The position numbers were made by a program, and so were the translations under genes. The notes beneath the pieces were generated by a model that was given only the letters and a program-made list of their open reading frames with translations, was not told the origin of the DNA and searched no databases. Positions 49,286 through 62,390 of a stretch of 64,000 nt of DNA are shown here, one piece after another. The DNA is from Macrostomum lignano (lineage: Eukaryota): positions 85,441-149,440 of the forward strand of contig NIVC01002114.1 of NCBI GenBank assembly GCA_002269645.1, written 5' to 3'. How positions within the stretch are numbered: position 1 is the stretch's first letter; each line of letters starts with the position of its first letter.

Positions 49286-52200
49286 ATTTTGTGGTACCAT
49301 TTTTTACCCAAAATTTTTAAGTCTAAATATAGGCATATTACAAATACTAATACTATGCAAGTTGATATTTAAATGAAAGAAAACAACTTAAAGATTATTT
49401 TGCAACAAGGAATTAGCGATATATTTACTTTTAGAAAAAGATGTTTGCTGGCAAACTTTGCACTTTATATTAGTATGAATTTTTGCGAGTTTATATGGTT
49501 TTAGAAAAACTTTGAAATCCTTAGAAATACTTCATCTTTTTGAATTGAATAAAAAGTAAAACACAGATTACTTTCTGTTTTGTAAGTAGTAAAAAAATTA
49601 GCCTTCTCTAAGGCCTACAAGTCTTAAAATTAATTGTTTAATAATGAAAAAAAGTGAAACAAAAAATTGCAAATCGGTCAACTCGGACTTTCAAAATGCT
49701 TTTTTGTGGTTTTTTCTTATTTATTCAACAATATAAAGCATGAAAACAATAGTTTTTATCCAGAACTATTTTCTAAGGACCTATCTATCTTTCAAAAACC
49801 TTTTTTAGATACATTACTTTCCATCGAATGTCCGCAGATTTGTTTTACTGTTTTATCCCACGTTTTTGGATTTCGCCATATATATATATATATATATGAA
49901 ACAAGTATATATTTTATTTATATAAAACAGGTACCTATACCATTATTAGTTAACTTTTTAAAATCAAAAAGTAGTTGTTAGGTGTCTATCTTGACTATGG
50001 TAATTTTGGAAGTGAGGATTTGTGGAAATATTATTTATAAATATCCAATGTACAAAAATGGTCTATTGCTAAGTATGTGGATAGGTAAGTGATCAATTTA
50101 GAGTTTTAATTAAAATTTATTATATTTTTTGTATCATTTTGCCAATTTCACTAAATAACAAATTGCTTAGCTTTTTTATTTTTTCTCCTTTTTGTTTCTT
50201 ATTATTTCTCAAAATGGAAGAATACTTGTATATTCCTATATCCCATAGATATGCTACTATAAGAGCAAATCAAGTTATTTAAGGTTAAAAAATCCTGTTT
50301 TTTTGCTTGAGATTGGCTTATAAAAAATCTACAAAGTTTTTGTAACTTAATAATACTATTGCCAATATTAGTCAACAAGCATTTTGGAAAGCACCAAGGA
50401 TCTTTGTTCATACATGATTTATCCAAAATCTGTTAAACAAAGCTTTTTACTGTTGCTATCAAAAGAAATTGTTCTTACTAAAGAGGCATTCAATTGATTG
50501 ACTAAATTGACTGCTAAACTATATATTATAGTTTGGAATTTTGAAAAATCCAACTATATGGTTATGTCTAAGAAGCAAACTGTTAAAAACTTTGTAACAA
50601 TAAATATCTACTCAAACTCATGTTTGGCAAACTACAAAATTCTTTTCTGCAGGCAAATGCATATGGGTTAAGACCCTTTTTAAAGACAGATTGGCTTTTT
50701 TTAACTAAGCAAAGTGGTATAACTCAATCTTTTTAGAATCCTTATCTAGTGTTGGGCAAAATCCTAGCACTTCTGGCACTTTTAATACCAGAAGATACTT
50801 TTTTAAAGTGGTAGTTTTTTCCAGTTCTTTTTTTCAGAATGCTTGACTTGGGTAATGGAAGTTACTTTTTGATAAGTCCAGTCCTCCGGTACTTAAAAAT
50901 GAAATTTTAGGTACCAAACAGCCAATTTAGCACTAAAATATTTCCCCAAAGTTTCACCAAAGTTTTACCAAAATACTTATAGTACAGGTAAGTATGAAAA
51001 GGTAAAAAAGAGATTATTCTAGATCATGCAGTTTTTACTTTTTAAGTTAAGGCACGTTTTAAGCATTATAGAATCATAGAATTAAAGTAATAATTGGTAA
51101 CTACTAATGCTAAAACAAGAAACTTTCAGAACAATAAAACATCCTTTAATAACACCTTGCAAGTTTTCTTACAAGGATAACTAGCAGTACATCAAGACAC
51201 TACAATCCTGATTTGTAGAAAATTTTTGAAGGCCAATTTCTTAATTTTGATATTCATGCAGAACAACATGAGTGATGCATTCTAAGTGTTTTGACTTTTA
51301 ACTCTTTTGAGGCTAATTATAATTTTCTAATTGCAGCTAGCGTATGGCACTAAATCAAGTTATTTAAAGTCTTGTGCATTGGTCCATCTATAAAATTCCA
51401 GCTATTTGTTGTCCTTGTATCTTTTTTCTTCATTGTTAACTGGCATTTCCAAGGCTGCTAAAAGATTATCATTGATTTTAAATGAGTCAGTTGTACAAAA
51501 GTATATTTACACTACTGTAAAAGTATAGCTGCTATAAAATTATAGCACAATACTAGTAGGGCAACTAGAATGACCCACACAAACTAAAAGTCCTCTAAAC
51601 TATTCTACTTATTGCAACACACATACCTATTTGACAAAAATTATCTCCATATAGTACTTCAGAAGAGTCAGAATCAACACTTGAAAATTGGCCTCCAAAT
51701 TTTTTTTCTACAAATTGCAAGTGTAGCCTCCTGATATATCAGATAGTACTAATTCTTGTTTTGTAAAGGTTTTTTTCACTCAAATTTTGTATGCAATGAT
51801 ACGAGTAATAAATAATATTATGTAGCATCTTTATTTGAGGAATAACAGTTTGTTTAACTCTAGACCAATACATACTTTTTGTTTTTTTTCATAAAGACAT
51901 GTTTGAGCACTTTTTAATTGGCAGTTCATTAAAATTAGAAAGGACCAGTAATGGAAGTACTGGAAGTTACTTTTTACAAAAAGTAATGGTACTGAAACAA
52001 GTGCCAGAAGTTACTTTCCTTGGAACTGGAAGTTACAAAACCAGAAGTTACTCTTTCAAAGTAATTTTCCCAACACTGTCCTTATCAAAATAAATATTAG
52101 TATCAGAATTTAATGATTTAGTTTCATTAAAGGCTTCAAAATTATTAGCTTTAGTAATCTTTAGCAATCATCTTGGAAGTTTCCCAATATTCACTGTAAA

Positions 52201-52294
52201 TGGACTAAAATTAGCCCATTAGCTTAATAGCCTACTTGCAGTAGGAAATTAGTGCATAGTTTAAATAACCAAATTTCTTTAATCTTTACAGCAG

Positions 52295-52891
52295 CAGATT
52301 CTGTCGAAAACCTGCGGATTCTGCCATTGTCAACTTGTTGGCATTGGCCGCCTCCTAGGTAGAAGCTTTGCAACTGCTCAGTCGCAGACTCAAGTCCTGA
52401 AAGATGGCTCAGAGATTCTAGTTTACAATGTGCCAGTACGTAGTCGGCTGCGCAGATTTCAACAACTCTATGCTGGATTAGCAGCCAGCGGTATCATCAT
52501 TGCTAGCAGTAGCAGCGGTCTGTTGGCTTACTACCAGCTGTACAAAGGCAAACGAAACGAACTGTTAAGTTGGATGTGCACTATTAGTCTGACAATTGTA
52601 CTGCCAGCATCTGCTTATTTTGCTCATCGCAGTCTGATTGCGCCGAAACGCGTGGTTCGTAGTGTGTTGCTTAGCCCCGATGGGGCTACGGTGACAGTTA
52701 TTCCACTAAGCATGCTGTTTAAGAAGCCTGTTATCGCTCCGGTGTCTAGCCTAGCCATCTCAGATATTGGCCACAGGCATGTTAAATTTACTATTAAAAA
52801 GCCTGGCGGACCAATCAAGTTTAGTCTGTTAACTGAGACTGTATTTATCCAGCATCGACCGTTGTTTCGTAAACTGTTTAGAGCTAGCTGA
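52295..52891 (+). CDS. TMEM223-like protein, copy 2 (same translation as copy 1)
   Basis: Segment 52216-53006 repeats 46928-47718 (offset 5288); the ORF-track translations are identical. Confidence 0.6.
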   Translation, partial: QILSKTCGFCHCQLVGIGRLLGRSFATAQSQTQVLKDGSEILVYNVPVRSRLRRFQQLYAGLAASGIIIASSSSGLLAYYQLYKGKRNELLSWMCTISLTIVLPASAYFAHRSLIAPKRVVRSVLLSPDGATVTVIPLSMLFKKPVIAPVSSLAISDIGHRHVKFTIKKPGGPIKFSLLTETVFIQHRPLFRKLFRAS

Positions 52892-53743
52892 TTTTATCTG
52901 ACTGCAGAGAAATGTTTGATAATTTGTGTGCTAGCAATAAATTAGTAGCACAACCGTTTGTAAAAAGTGCTCAGTTTTTGACCAATAGATACGAGAATAA
53001 TAAGATGGGCCACGCAGCACATTTGCGTGTAAGCTACTTTCAGTTCAGTAGTAAGTTGAACAGAAGCATTTTAATGTATTTTTAAAGCCAAGGCTCATTT
53101 ATTGGCTCTTCCCCCTAGCTTAAACCCTACCACCGCGCCTTTCCACACACCCCTCGTCCCGCCTCAATTTTTATTGCCTTTCTCGGAATTCCAGCCTAAA
53201 GCTGCCATGTACATTTTAGTGGCTAATGTACATTATTGCTGAACCAATTAGCAAATTGTTTACGCCTGCAAGCTTGGCCTTCTAAACTTATCAAAGTCAG
53301 TTCAGCTGACTTTATTTTTATAAAATAGCCTCTGTATTCTTCTTTGCTACTGAAATGAAAGTATAGGAAGCTGTACTACTAAGTATATATGCCTGAGTGG
53401 CCCATCTAGTTATTTTAGAATTTGTGGTTTGAGCAAAATATCGTCTCTTTGTTCTTACTCATTAAAAATCCACTTTAGAGACAAGTAGTGCGTAATGTAG
53501 AAGTTTATATTACTTTTCCAGGTTTAATATTGCCTCAAACTATGAAGACTTGCTTACCATCAGTAGCATTACCGTTACGTGAGCAAAAATTATTAATAAC
53601 AGAGCAATCTAATTTTAGTTGCTGACTTTTGTCTATGGCCGAAATGTTAGCTCGGGTACAAATGGTCAGTAAGTTTGGTGGCTGACTTAGAAAATCTCGA
53701 GAAGGTGCCAAGTTTAATAAATAATTTGTCTGACTAAATCGCC

Positions 53744-54595
53744 ATGGCTTTCACTGGCTATTACGACGCTATCAGTATAGTTCTGGCAACAAAACTATTC
53801 ATATTTTCAATTGTCGCCGCGTTCACTGACTATTGGCATCCGGCATTCTATGCTAGCATTGTTAGCGCCAGTGTTGCAGTGATTATGTCTACTATATTCA
53901 TAGCCATGCTGCTAGCCATTGCTAATCTATTGGTTTTACTACTGGCCGTGTTTGTTACCGAAGCTGTTCGTAGCGTTGCAATGTTTACTACGGGAGCTTG
54001 CGCAATATTTTACACCCTTGCTATGCTAGTGTTCAGCAGTAGCCTAGTTGGCTTAGCTTCACCATGGCTAATGGTTATGCTACCGTGTCCGTTGATTGTA
54101 TTAGCCGCGCATCAGCTACTAATACGGCTCGGCCGTTTAGAGCAGGATTGTCCTGTGTACAAGTTTGCTAGTAGTATCGTATTGTCCTTCCTGTGCCTGC
54201 TCAGCGTGTGCCTAAAGCACTGGTGGATTGTTAGTAAAGATGGTAGCGCTGATGCGGTCTCTCGCACAGTCGGCCTATTCAGCGTGCCAAATGTTGCAGT
54301 AAAGATCACGGCTTTACTAACGTTTGCTTGTCTAATTGCTCTAGTTGTTGTATGCGGCTTGGCCTTGGCTAGAGAGCGTCAGTGGATCTCAGAGAGTCCA
54401 AGATGCGATAGCGTGACGCAGTACCTCGTTATTGGTAGTTGCGTTGCTGCACTTCTACTGTCTACCATCACCGCTAGTGCCTATTGCTCAGTGGCCTATT
54501 ATAGTAACTCACTATTGGCCCCGGTCTGTTTTGTTGATGCCGTCATGGGTCTACTATATCAGCTGTTTAGCGCCAATGTTCTGTCTGCACAGTAA
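53744..54595 (+). CDS. Uncharacterised multi-pass membrane protein (283 aa, intronless)
   Basis: Good start context GCCATGG; roughly 8 long hydrophobic stretches; AATAAA-like signal at ~54675; no family recognised. Confidence 0.7.
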   Translation: MAFTGYYDAISIVLATKLFIFSIVAAFTDYWHPAFYASIVSASVAVIMSTIFIAMLLAIANLLVLLLAVFVTEAVRSVAMFTTGACAIFYTLAMLVFSSSLVGLASPWLMVMLPCPLIVLAAHQLLIRLGRLEQDCPVYKFASSIVLSFLCLLSVCLKHWWIVSKDGSADAVSRTVGLFSVPNVAVKITALLTFACLIALVVVCGLALARERQWISESPRCDSVTQYLVIGSCVAALLLSTITASAYCSVAYYSNSLLAPVCFVDAVMGLLYQLFSANVLSAQ

Positions 54596-55107
54596 ACACA
54601 CTGTTTGACTTTTAGTGATTAGTCTATTAAAAAAGAGAATGAACATGAAAACTTGTGCTTTGATTCTTTTATTAAATAAACAAATCTAAATAACATCTAA
54701 CATCTGGTTTTGTACAAGATTTCGGTTTCATGGCTAGTACATAAATGTAATATACAACTACAATATCTAGCATCTTTCTTGAACGAGTACTTTACTTACA
54801 GTTAAAGCAGAAGAATATTACTACTTTAGTAGTTCTTCTACTCTACTAACAGTAGAAATAATAGAAAAGTAAGAGAACAATGAAATTAAAAAATATGTTG
54901 AGTTTTTAGTCACGCGCTATAATAGGCTCGTAAATTTACAATGTTAAAGTTGGTTTTTAATTGTCTCGGTCATTGTAACTTATCAGTAGAAACATCAGTG
55001 TCAGTTCAATCTCTAGTCAAGAGCAAAGGGACACTTATAGGGGAAGGTAAGCATCAGAAAGTTAAGTTTCAATCATCCATATCGATATGTTTCAGTGCAG
55101 CAGCCAT

Positions 55108-56895
55108 ATGACGCACAGCTTCGCCAGCACAGAAGCCCTCCGTCGCTCAGTCATAGCAGATCTGCACCAGCTTCGTTGTCCATTAGTGTCCGGTACGAGT
55201 CCTTGCGCCAGTGTCAATTCGTCAGCGGACAAGAATAGAACGTTATCAACTTTTTACGATCGTCTGCTGTTCTCAGGCGACGAGCCTGGGCGGGCAAGCC
55301 TATTAGAATGGCTTTTATATGGCGTTACTAAGGCAACAGCTCTGCCTAGCAACGATCCAGAAGCGACGCTAGCTATATTAGTGTCGCTTCGCGTTGCCAA
55401 TGTCAATAATGTTAGCGAAGGAGTTGATTTAGTTAGCGGTGCCGCGTCTCGGCACTCGCAGCTGGTGATGTACAGCCGTCTCTTAGCGTTGATGAAGTCG
55501 ACTCTGGGTGCCGACAGTAGCTCTGGCTGCAGTTCTGTCGTTAGCAGCAGCTTCTCGTCAGTGTCCAGGCCGATTTTTTCGTCCACGCCTGCAAATAGTT
55601 TCTGCGGCCTATTGGACACAAGTGCGCAGTCAGTTGGCGCCAATGCAAGTTAGTTTTGCCTTGATTTACAATTGATTGACAATAAGCTGTCTATAGGCTT
55701 TGCTTGTAAATTTCACATTAAGGGTTTCAGTTCCTCAACTCCCTGCATTCCCTTCAAGCTTCAGTTCCTCAACTCCCTGCATTCCCTTCAAGCTGCAGTT
55801 CCTCAACTCCCTGCATTCCCTTCAAACTTCAGCTCCTCAACTCCCTGCATTCCCTACAAGCTTCATTTCTTCAACTCCCTGCATTCCCTTCAAGCTGCAG
55901 TTCCTCAACTCCCTGCATTCCCTTCAAGCTGCAGTTGCTCAACTCCCTGCATTCCCTTCAAGCTTCAGTTCCTCAACTCCCTGCATTCCCTTCAAGCTGC
56001 AGTTCCTCAACTCCCTGCATTCCCTTCAAGCTTCAGTTCCTCAACTCCCTGCATTCCCTACAAGCTTCCTTTCTTCAACTCCCTGCATTCCCTTCAAGCT
56101 TCAGTTCCTCAACTCCCTGCATTCCCTTCAAGCTGCAGTTCCTCAACTCCCTGCATTCCCTTCAAGCTTCAGTTCCTCAACTCCCTGCATTCCCTTCAAG
56201 CTTCAGTTGCTCAACTCCCTGCATACCCCACAAGCTTCAGTTCCTCAGCTCTCTACATGCATTGTACTTTAACTGTGTAATAAGTGCACCGTAAATGGGT
56301 TAAAACCTTTGCTTAGATTGCATCGGAACTGCGAAAGTTCGTCATCCCAGCACCAGCAGCAACTGCAGCGGCAATGGCGGCAGTCACCAGAACCAGCCTC
56401 AGCAGAAATCCTCAGTCAATGGAAACATTGCTAATATTCAGCAATTTCTGCATCAAGTATGCAGCGGATCGCTAGCGAATTGCTGTCGACAGTTGCAACC
56501 GACTAAGGCATTGGTAGCTGGCAGTCGGGAGGTTCGACAACGAGTCGGTGATAAACCGGAACCGGAAATGCCTTTGCCGCCGCATTTGCGACACGCTTTA
56601 GCTTGTCGTATGGCTGCGACTGACCAGTCCGAGGTGCTTGATGATGACAGCGGCGAGGAAGAGAATCTGGGTATGCTTTGTTTATTAGCATTGTTGATTG
56701 ATGATGCTCTGCTTTTGTGCCTTAGCCAGCTAGATAGTTAGTCAGTTTGTTAGCTAGTTAGTCTATTTCTTTGTTAGTTACTTAGATAGTTAATTAGTTG
56801 GTTAGCTAGTTTGTTAGTTAGTCAGTCAGTTAGTTAGTTAGTTAGTCAGTTAGTTAGTTAGTCAGTTAGTTAGTCAGTTAGTTAGTCAGTCAGTC

Positions 56896-56926
<31 letters not shown>

Positions 56927-57083
56927 CAGTCAGTTAGTTAGTTAGTCAGTCAGTTAGTTAGTCAGTTAGTTAGTTAGTTAGTCAGTCAGTTAGTTAGTCA
57001 GTCAGTTAGTTAGTTAGTCAGTCAGTTAGTTAGTTAGTCAGTCAGTTAGTTAGTCAGTCAGTCAGTTAGTTAGTCAGTCAGTC

Positions 57084-57114
<31 letters not shown>

Positions 57115-58302
57115 CAGTCAGTTAGTTAGTTAGTCAGTCAGTTAGTCAGTTAGTTAGTTAGTTAGTCAGTCAGTTAGTTAGTCAGTCAGTTAGTTAGTTA
57201 GTCAGTCAGTTAGTTAGTCAGTCAGTTAGTTAGTCAGTCAGTCAGTTAGTTAGTCAGTTAGTTTGTTTGTTTGTCAGTCAGTTAGTTAGTTAATTAATTA
57301 GTCAGTTAGTTAATTAGTCAGTTAGTTAGCTAGTCAGTTAGTTAGTCAGTTAGTTAGTTAGTTAGTCAGTCAGTTAGTTTGTTTGTTTGTTTGTCAGTCA
57401 GTTAGTTAGTTAGTTAATTAGTCAGTTAGTTAATTAGTCAGTTAGTTAGCTAGTCAGTTAGTTAGTCAGTTAGTTAGTTAGTTAGTCAGTCAGTTAGTTA
57501 GTTAGTTAGTTAGTCAGTTAGTTAATTAGTCAGTTAGTTAGTTGGTTAGTTAGTCAGTCCGTTAGTTAGTCAGTCAGTTAGTTAGTTAGTTAGTTAGTCA
57601 GTTAGTTAATTAGTCAGTTAGTTAGTTGGTTAGTTAGTCAGTCCGTTAGTTAGTCAGTTAGTTAGTCAGTCCGTTAGTTTGTCCAAAATATGTGTCCAAA
57701 TATCTGTTTGTCCAAGTTTGGGTGCAGAGCCAGTTCGCTTGGTTGTGCTGTATCGTGCATGTTTTCATACATATTTTCAATCTGAAGCAGGCGGCAATCG
57801 TCCTAATTCAACGAGAATGTTGTCTCGTCGACTCCGCTCTGGCATTGACGCCGATGCCAGCCTGTTAGAACGGCTTCGTCAGCGTCGACAAGAGCAGCAG
57901 AAGCAACAGGAGGGAACTCGAAGCGCCGGCCATCCCAATGAAGAAGCTGACGACATCGAATTAGCTAGACTCCAGGACGCTGTTGAGCTTCGTTCCACGG
58001 TTGTCGAGCTTCGCTGCGAACTGGCTCGCCTTGCCGCATCGATTTCGGCCACTTCAACAACTTCTTTGTCGTCGTCGCTTCCCGAAGTCGATGACCGGCT
58101 CGACAAGGCCGTTGAACTGGCCGCTGCTCCGCTGTCTGATTTTTTACGTCGCAGCGAAGCGGCCGGTCGTACAGCTGAATCTGTGTCGGACATTCGACAC
58201 CGACTGCAACGTCTGAGCCGACTTGGCGGCGGCGGGCAGGGTCAGTGTGTTCAAGAGCCTGCGGCTACTTTGTCTCTGTTGGCATCCTGTCAAGAGATTT
58301 GA
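55108..58302 (+). CDS. HAUS7-like (augmin subunit-like) coiled-coil protein, 3 exons
   Basis: Phase-1-compatible exons 55108-55648, 56317-56670, 57788-58302. LHQLRCP, RASLLEWLL and DLVSGAASRHSQLVMYSRLLAL resemble the HAUS7 N-terminal domain. The gene is likely; its identity is tentative. Confidence 0.5.
55722..56256. repeat. 34-bp intronic minisatellite, ~16 copies
   Basis: Unit CCTCAACTCCCTGCATTCCCTTCAAGCTTCAGTT, period 34. Confidence 0.95.
56725..57680. repeat. Mixed (GTTA)/(GTCA) tetranucleotide microsatellite, intronic
   Basis: Direct reading. Confidence 0.97.
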
Positions 58303-58489
58303 TTGATTCAGTGATTCTTAATTAATAAGTAAATTTATTGAGGGTCACTTAGTAGCAAGCTTATCATTGGGTTGATCGGGTAAAAATAATGAGATAAAAC
58401 CTTCTATTTGTCATATTTCTAAACTGTCTTGTTACACATACACCTATAGGTGGGGGGATTCCCTTTAATGCTATTTTCTTTTCAAGGTC

Positions 58490-58945
58490 CTTCTCCTTTC
58501 AGGTTGCAGATTTCCCTTCAAGGTCGCTGTGGATTTCCCTTCAAGGTTGCTGGGGCTTCCCGTCAAGGTCGTAGAGAATTTCTCTTTAAGGTCGAAGGGG
58601 ATTTCCCTTCACGATCGTTGTAGATTTCCCCTTAAGGTTGTAGGTGATTTCCCTTCAAGGTCGTTGGGAATTTCCCTTCACGGTCGTTGGGAATTTCACT
58701 TCACGGTCGTTGGGGATTTCCCCTTAAGGTTTTAGGTGATTTCCCTTCACGGTCGTAGGGGATTTCCCCTTAAGGTTGTAGGTGATTTCCCTTCAAGGTC
58801 GTAGGGAATTTCCCTTCACGGTCGTTGGGGATTTCCCCTTAAGGTTGTAGGTGATTTCTCTTCAAGGTCGTAGGGAATTTCTCTTCACGGTCGTTCGGGA
58901 TTTTCCCTCAAGGTGGTAAGGGATTTCCCTTCAAGGTCGAAGGTC
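58490..58945. repeat. ~21-23-bp degenerate minisatellite (GGGATTTCCCTTCAAGGTCGT variants)
   Basis: Direct reading. Confidence 0.88.
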
Positions 58946-59844
58946 ACAGTGTACTCGTACTTTTTTTAAATGTTTTATTAAGTTTTTATTATAAATGTCG
59001 CAACAAATTCCTAAATTGGTTAGTCGATCCACTACATTTCTAGCACTGAGGTTCTGAGGAAAAATTTTACTGAACACCTAGAATCTATAGTTATGAAAAA
59101 GCTTAGTACGAGCTTAATTTAAAGCTTATAGTTATGAAAAGTTATGAAAAAAAGAAAAAGATTATTTAGTATTAATTCATTTCAATCATTTAGCTTATAA
59201 AAATATTGTTTCAAATTGCGCATATTTTCTACAATAAAATAATCTTACCAACAGTAACTTTAGGCAACTAAATAGTGTACTACTTTTCTGAGTTCTTTTT
59301 TTATACTTAATTTAATGATTTGCTAGTGCTTGCAGGCTAAGCCGTACTTTTTTCTCAAATTTTTCTCCTATGGTATGAGTAGAACAGTCTACTTGTATAA
59401 GTAGGCAGTGACTACGGATACTATGCATTTGTCTATTTTTTAATTTGACAAAATTGCAAACATTAAACAATTTAACATTCTGTATCTCTTGTGTAGCATA
59501 ATATAATACTAATATTCCTAATTATAATATTCTAATTAAATTCGCGAGGTTTTCTTTTTGTTTAATATTTTGTTTTTATTAGTTAGTAATTCAGGGTTTA
59601 TAGTCCTAATGCAATATTATTGAATAATTTAGATTTCTGGCTCAATTTTGGTGTAAAATCACAAGTTATAAAAATGATTAGCATTTTAGAACGACCTTTG
59701 TTAATCCTTAGTTTGAGCTTTGGTTTTGTAACTGTTTCTGGACTTGGTAGTTCTAGTTTTATACCTGCATTTTATAGCCACCCATTCGGTACTTTCAATA
59801 TTTTTAATAGAATTCGGTTTGGTTGTTTTTACGCTGCAATCAGA

Positions 59845-60690
59845 ATGGATTTTTGATTGTTGTGCTGATGACGCAATCAATATGGATTGTTGATTGCTGT
59901 GTTGATGACGCACCCAATCTGGATTGTTGATTGCTGTGTTGATGACGCACCCAATCTGGATTGTTGATTGCTGTGTTGATGACGCACCCAATCTGGATTG
60001 TTGATTGCTGTGTTGATGATGCAATTAATTATGGATTTTTGTTTGTTGTGTTGATGATGCAATCAATATGGATTGTTGATTGTTGTGCTGATGATGCAAT
60101 AAATGTTGATTGTTGATTGTTGTGTTGATGATGCAATCAATATGGATTTTTGTTGTTGTGTTGATGATGCAATCAATATGGATTTTTGTTGTTGTGTTGA
60201 TGATGCAATCAATATGGATTGTTGATTGCTGTGTTGATGATGCAATCAATATGGATTGTTAATTGTTGTGTTGATGATGCAATCAATATAGATTGTTGAT
60301 TGTTGTGTTGATGATGCAATCAATATAGATTGTTGATTGTTGTGTTGATGATGCAGTCAATATAGATTGTTGATTGTTGTGTTGATGATGCAATCAATAT
60401 GGATTGTTGATTGTTGTGTTGATGATGCAGTCAATATAGATTGTTGATTGTTGTGTTGATGATGCAATCAATATGGATTGTTGATTGTTGTGTTGATGAT
60501 GCAGTCAATATAGATTGTTGATTGTTGTGTTGATGATGCAATCAATATGGATTGTTAATTGCTGTGTTGATTATGCAATCAATATGGATTGTTGATTGCT
60601 GTGTTGATGATGCAATCAATATAGATTGTTGATTGTTGTGTTGATGATGCAATCAATATAGATTGTTGATTGTTGTGCTGACGATGCAGT
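59845..60690. repeat. 37-bp minisatellite, ~22 copies
   Basis: Unit GATTGTTGATTGTTGTGTTGATGATGCAATCAATAT(A/G), period 37 (60301, 60338). Confidence 0.93.
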
Positions 60691-60754
60691 CAAGGGATTG
60701 TTTGCTGGCTTGGTTGTGTGTAACTAATTATTGAACAAACAAATAAAAGTACTG

Positions 60755-61537
60755 ATGCTAATTGATCAACAGTCAGGCGACAAGGAAACGAGCGTTACTG
60801 CCGCCGCCGCCACCGACGCCACCTGCCCCGGCGATGACTGTTGGTCAGACTACTACTGTCGAGTAGTAGAGTTCGACAGCGGATTAACCAGCCTCGCTAT
60901 CTGGCAGGCCGGCGTGTGCGATGTTGGCGGCGTCGTCTGGGACGCCGCACTGGCACTGACGCAATGGTTGGATCGGTTTGACAGAGTTGCCGCGGCAGGC
61001 CTTCCAAATCCGGACTCTGTTACAGTTATCGAACTGGGCTCCGGCACGGGTCTGGTCGGCTTAAAGTTGGCTCAGCTAGGCTATGAAAAAGTGCGCCTCA
61101 CCGATCTGGCGGAGTGCTTACCGTTGCTGCGCAAGAATATTGATGCAAACATTGAGGCAATAAAGAATTATCAATCTAAGATGCCGTTAGTGACTTGTCA
61201 CGAACTGGACTGGGCCAGTCTACTTGACAACGACAAGAACTGTTTGCCTAGCTGGTGCTCACCAACTGGTCAACGGTTTCTAGTTGTGTGCGAGTGTCTT
61301 TACTATGAGGACGCTTTAAAACCGTTGCTATGCGCGATGCGTTGCTTAGCAACCGACGCTGGGGTACTATTCGCTTACGAGGCCCGGCCGGACAAAGCAG
61401 AATTGGAATCGAGATTCTTTAAAGCCTGTCTTCAATATTTTCAAGTCGCTTTCGAAGTGCCACTTGATGATATGCATCCTGAGTACTGTTGTCCAGAGAT
61501 TCGAATCATGCTGCTGAAGCCCAAGCAGATAAGCTGA
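60755..61537 (+). CDS. VCPKMT: METTL21D/VCP lysine methyltransferase-like (family 16 SAM-dependent MTase)
   Basis: DVGGVVWDAA, VIELGSGTGLVGL, LTDL, ELDW, CECLYYEDALKPLL, HPEYCCPEIRI. Start is either the ATG at 60755 or the acceptor at 60772. Confidence 0.78.
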   Translation: MLIDQQSGDKETSVTAAAATDATCPGDDCWSDYYCRVVEFDSGLTSLAIWQAGVCDVGGVVWDAALALTQWLDRFDRVAAAGLPNPDSVTVIELGSGTGLVGLKLAQLGYEKVRLTDLAECLPLLRKNIDANIEAIKNYQSKMPLVTCHELDWASLLDNDKNCLPSWCSPTGQRFLVVCECLYYEDALKPLLCAMRCLATDAGVLFAYEARPDKAELESRFFKACLQYFQVAFEVPLDDMHPEYCCPEIRIMLLKPKQIS

Positions 61538-61997
61538 ACCTTTCTTCCTCTTCATTGGAGCAACAAAATTCTTTTGAAAAAGTTCAGTTTAAGTATAAAT
61601 ACATCTTATTGCTCAGTGTGCACAGTGGCATACTTTGGTTTTGTTGTTGCTAATTTAATTCTTGCTTGAATAGTAGCTCGAATACTGACGAATGGAAGAA
61701 ACTATAGGAGTATCATTACTTATATTGTTTCAACCTTTAAATCTAACGGAGAACAAGCAAGGAGATAATTGGGAATATTATGTCAACTTAAGCTCATAAA
61801 GTAGAGTCCCTAATTATCCCCTTGCTTGTTCTCCCTTATCCGAGGTCCAACTTTCGGGTTGTGTGCATTATTACCTACCCTTTGTTACCTTTTCCTTCTC
61901 TACCTACCTTGGAAAAACGCTCAGTTACTTAAAGTCCCGTCTCCAATTGTTTTTGCAGTTAAATAAAAGAATCCCAAGGTTCAAAAAAGACAACAAA

Positions 61998-62390
61998 ATG
62001 ACAGCCAACTCAAATAGACCCACTTCAAACGGATCGGCCGCCTCCCCTACTGGCAGTGGAACCGATGATAGCGGAGACGAAGGGCAGCAACAGCAGCAAC
62101 TGCCTGCTGACGCAAGCGATGCCGAAGATTTTCTAGCAGAATACGCCGATCTTGAGAATACGGTAGACGAAATTGACGAATTTCTCAATAGTTTGGCTCA
62201 ATCTACTATGGATCTGAAGCGGGACGCTGTGCAGTTATTAGACGAGATACGAGCTGAGAAGCGCGCGGCAAACGGTGGCGCGTCTGGTGGCGCCACTTCT
62301 GCCGCTGCTATTGCTGACGATTCAGTTGGAGTTTCAGCTTCTCCTGATGCTGGTCAAGATGATGTTGTAGATGATACTATGGACGAATAG
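61998..62390 (+). CDS. BBLN: Bublin-like (UPF0184 / C9orf16) coiled-coil protein
   Basis: EDFLAEYADLENTVDEIDEFLNSLAQSTMDLKRDAVQLLDEIR parallels the UPF0184 core (EYAAINSMLDQINSCLDHLEE); acidic flanks; AATAAA at ~62445. Confidence 0.62.
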   Translation: MTANSNRPTSNGSAASPTGSGTDDSGDEGQQQQQLPADASDAEDFLAEYADLENTVDEIDEFLNSLAQSTMDLKRDAVQLLDEIRAEKRAANGGASGGATSAAAIADDSVGVSASPDAGQDDVVDDTMDE

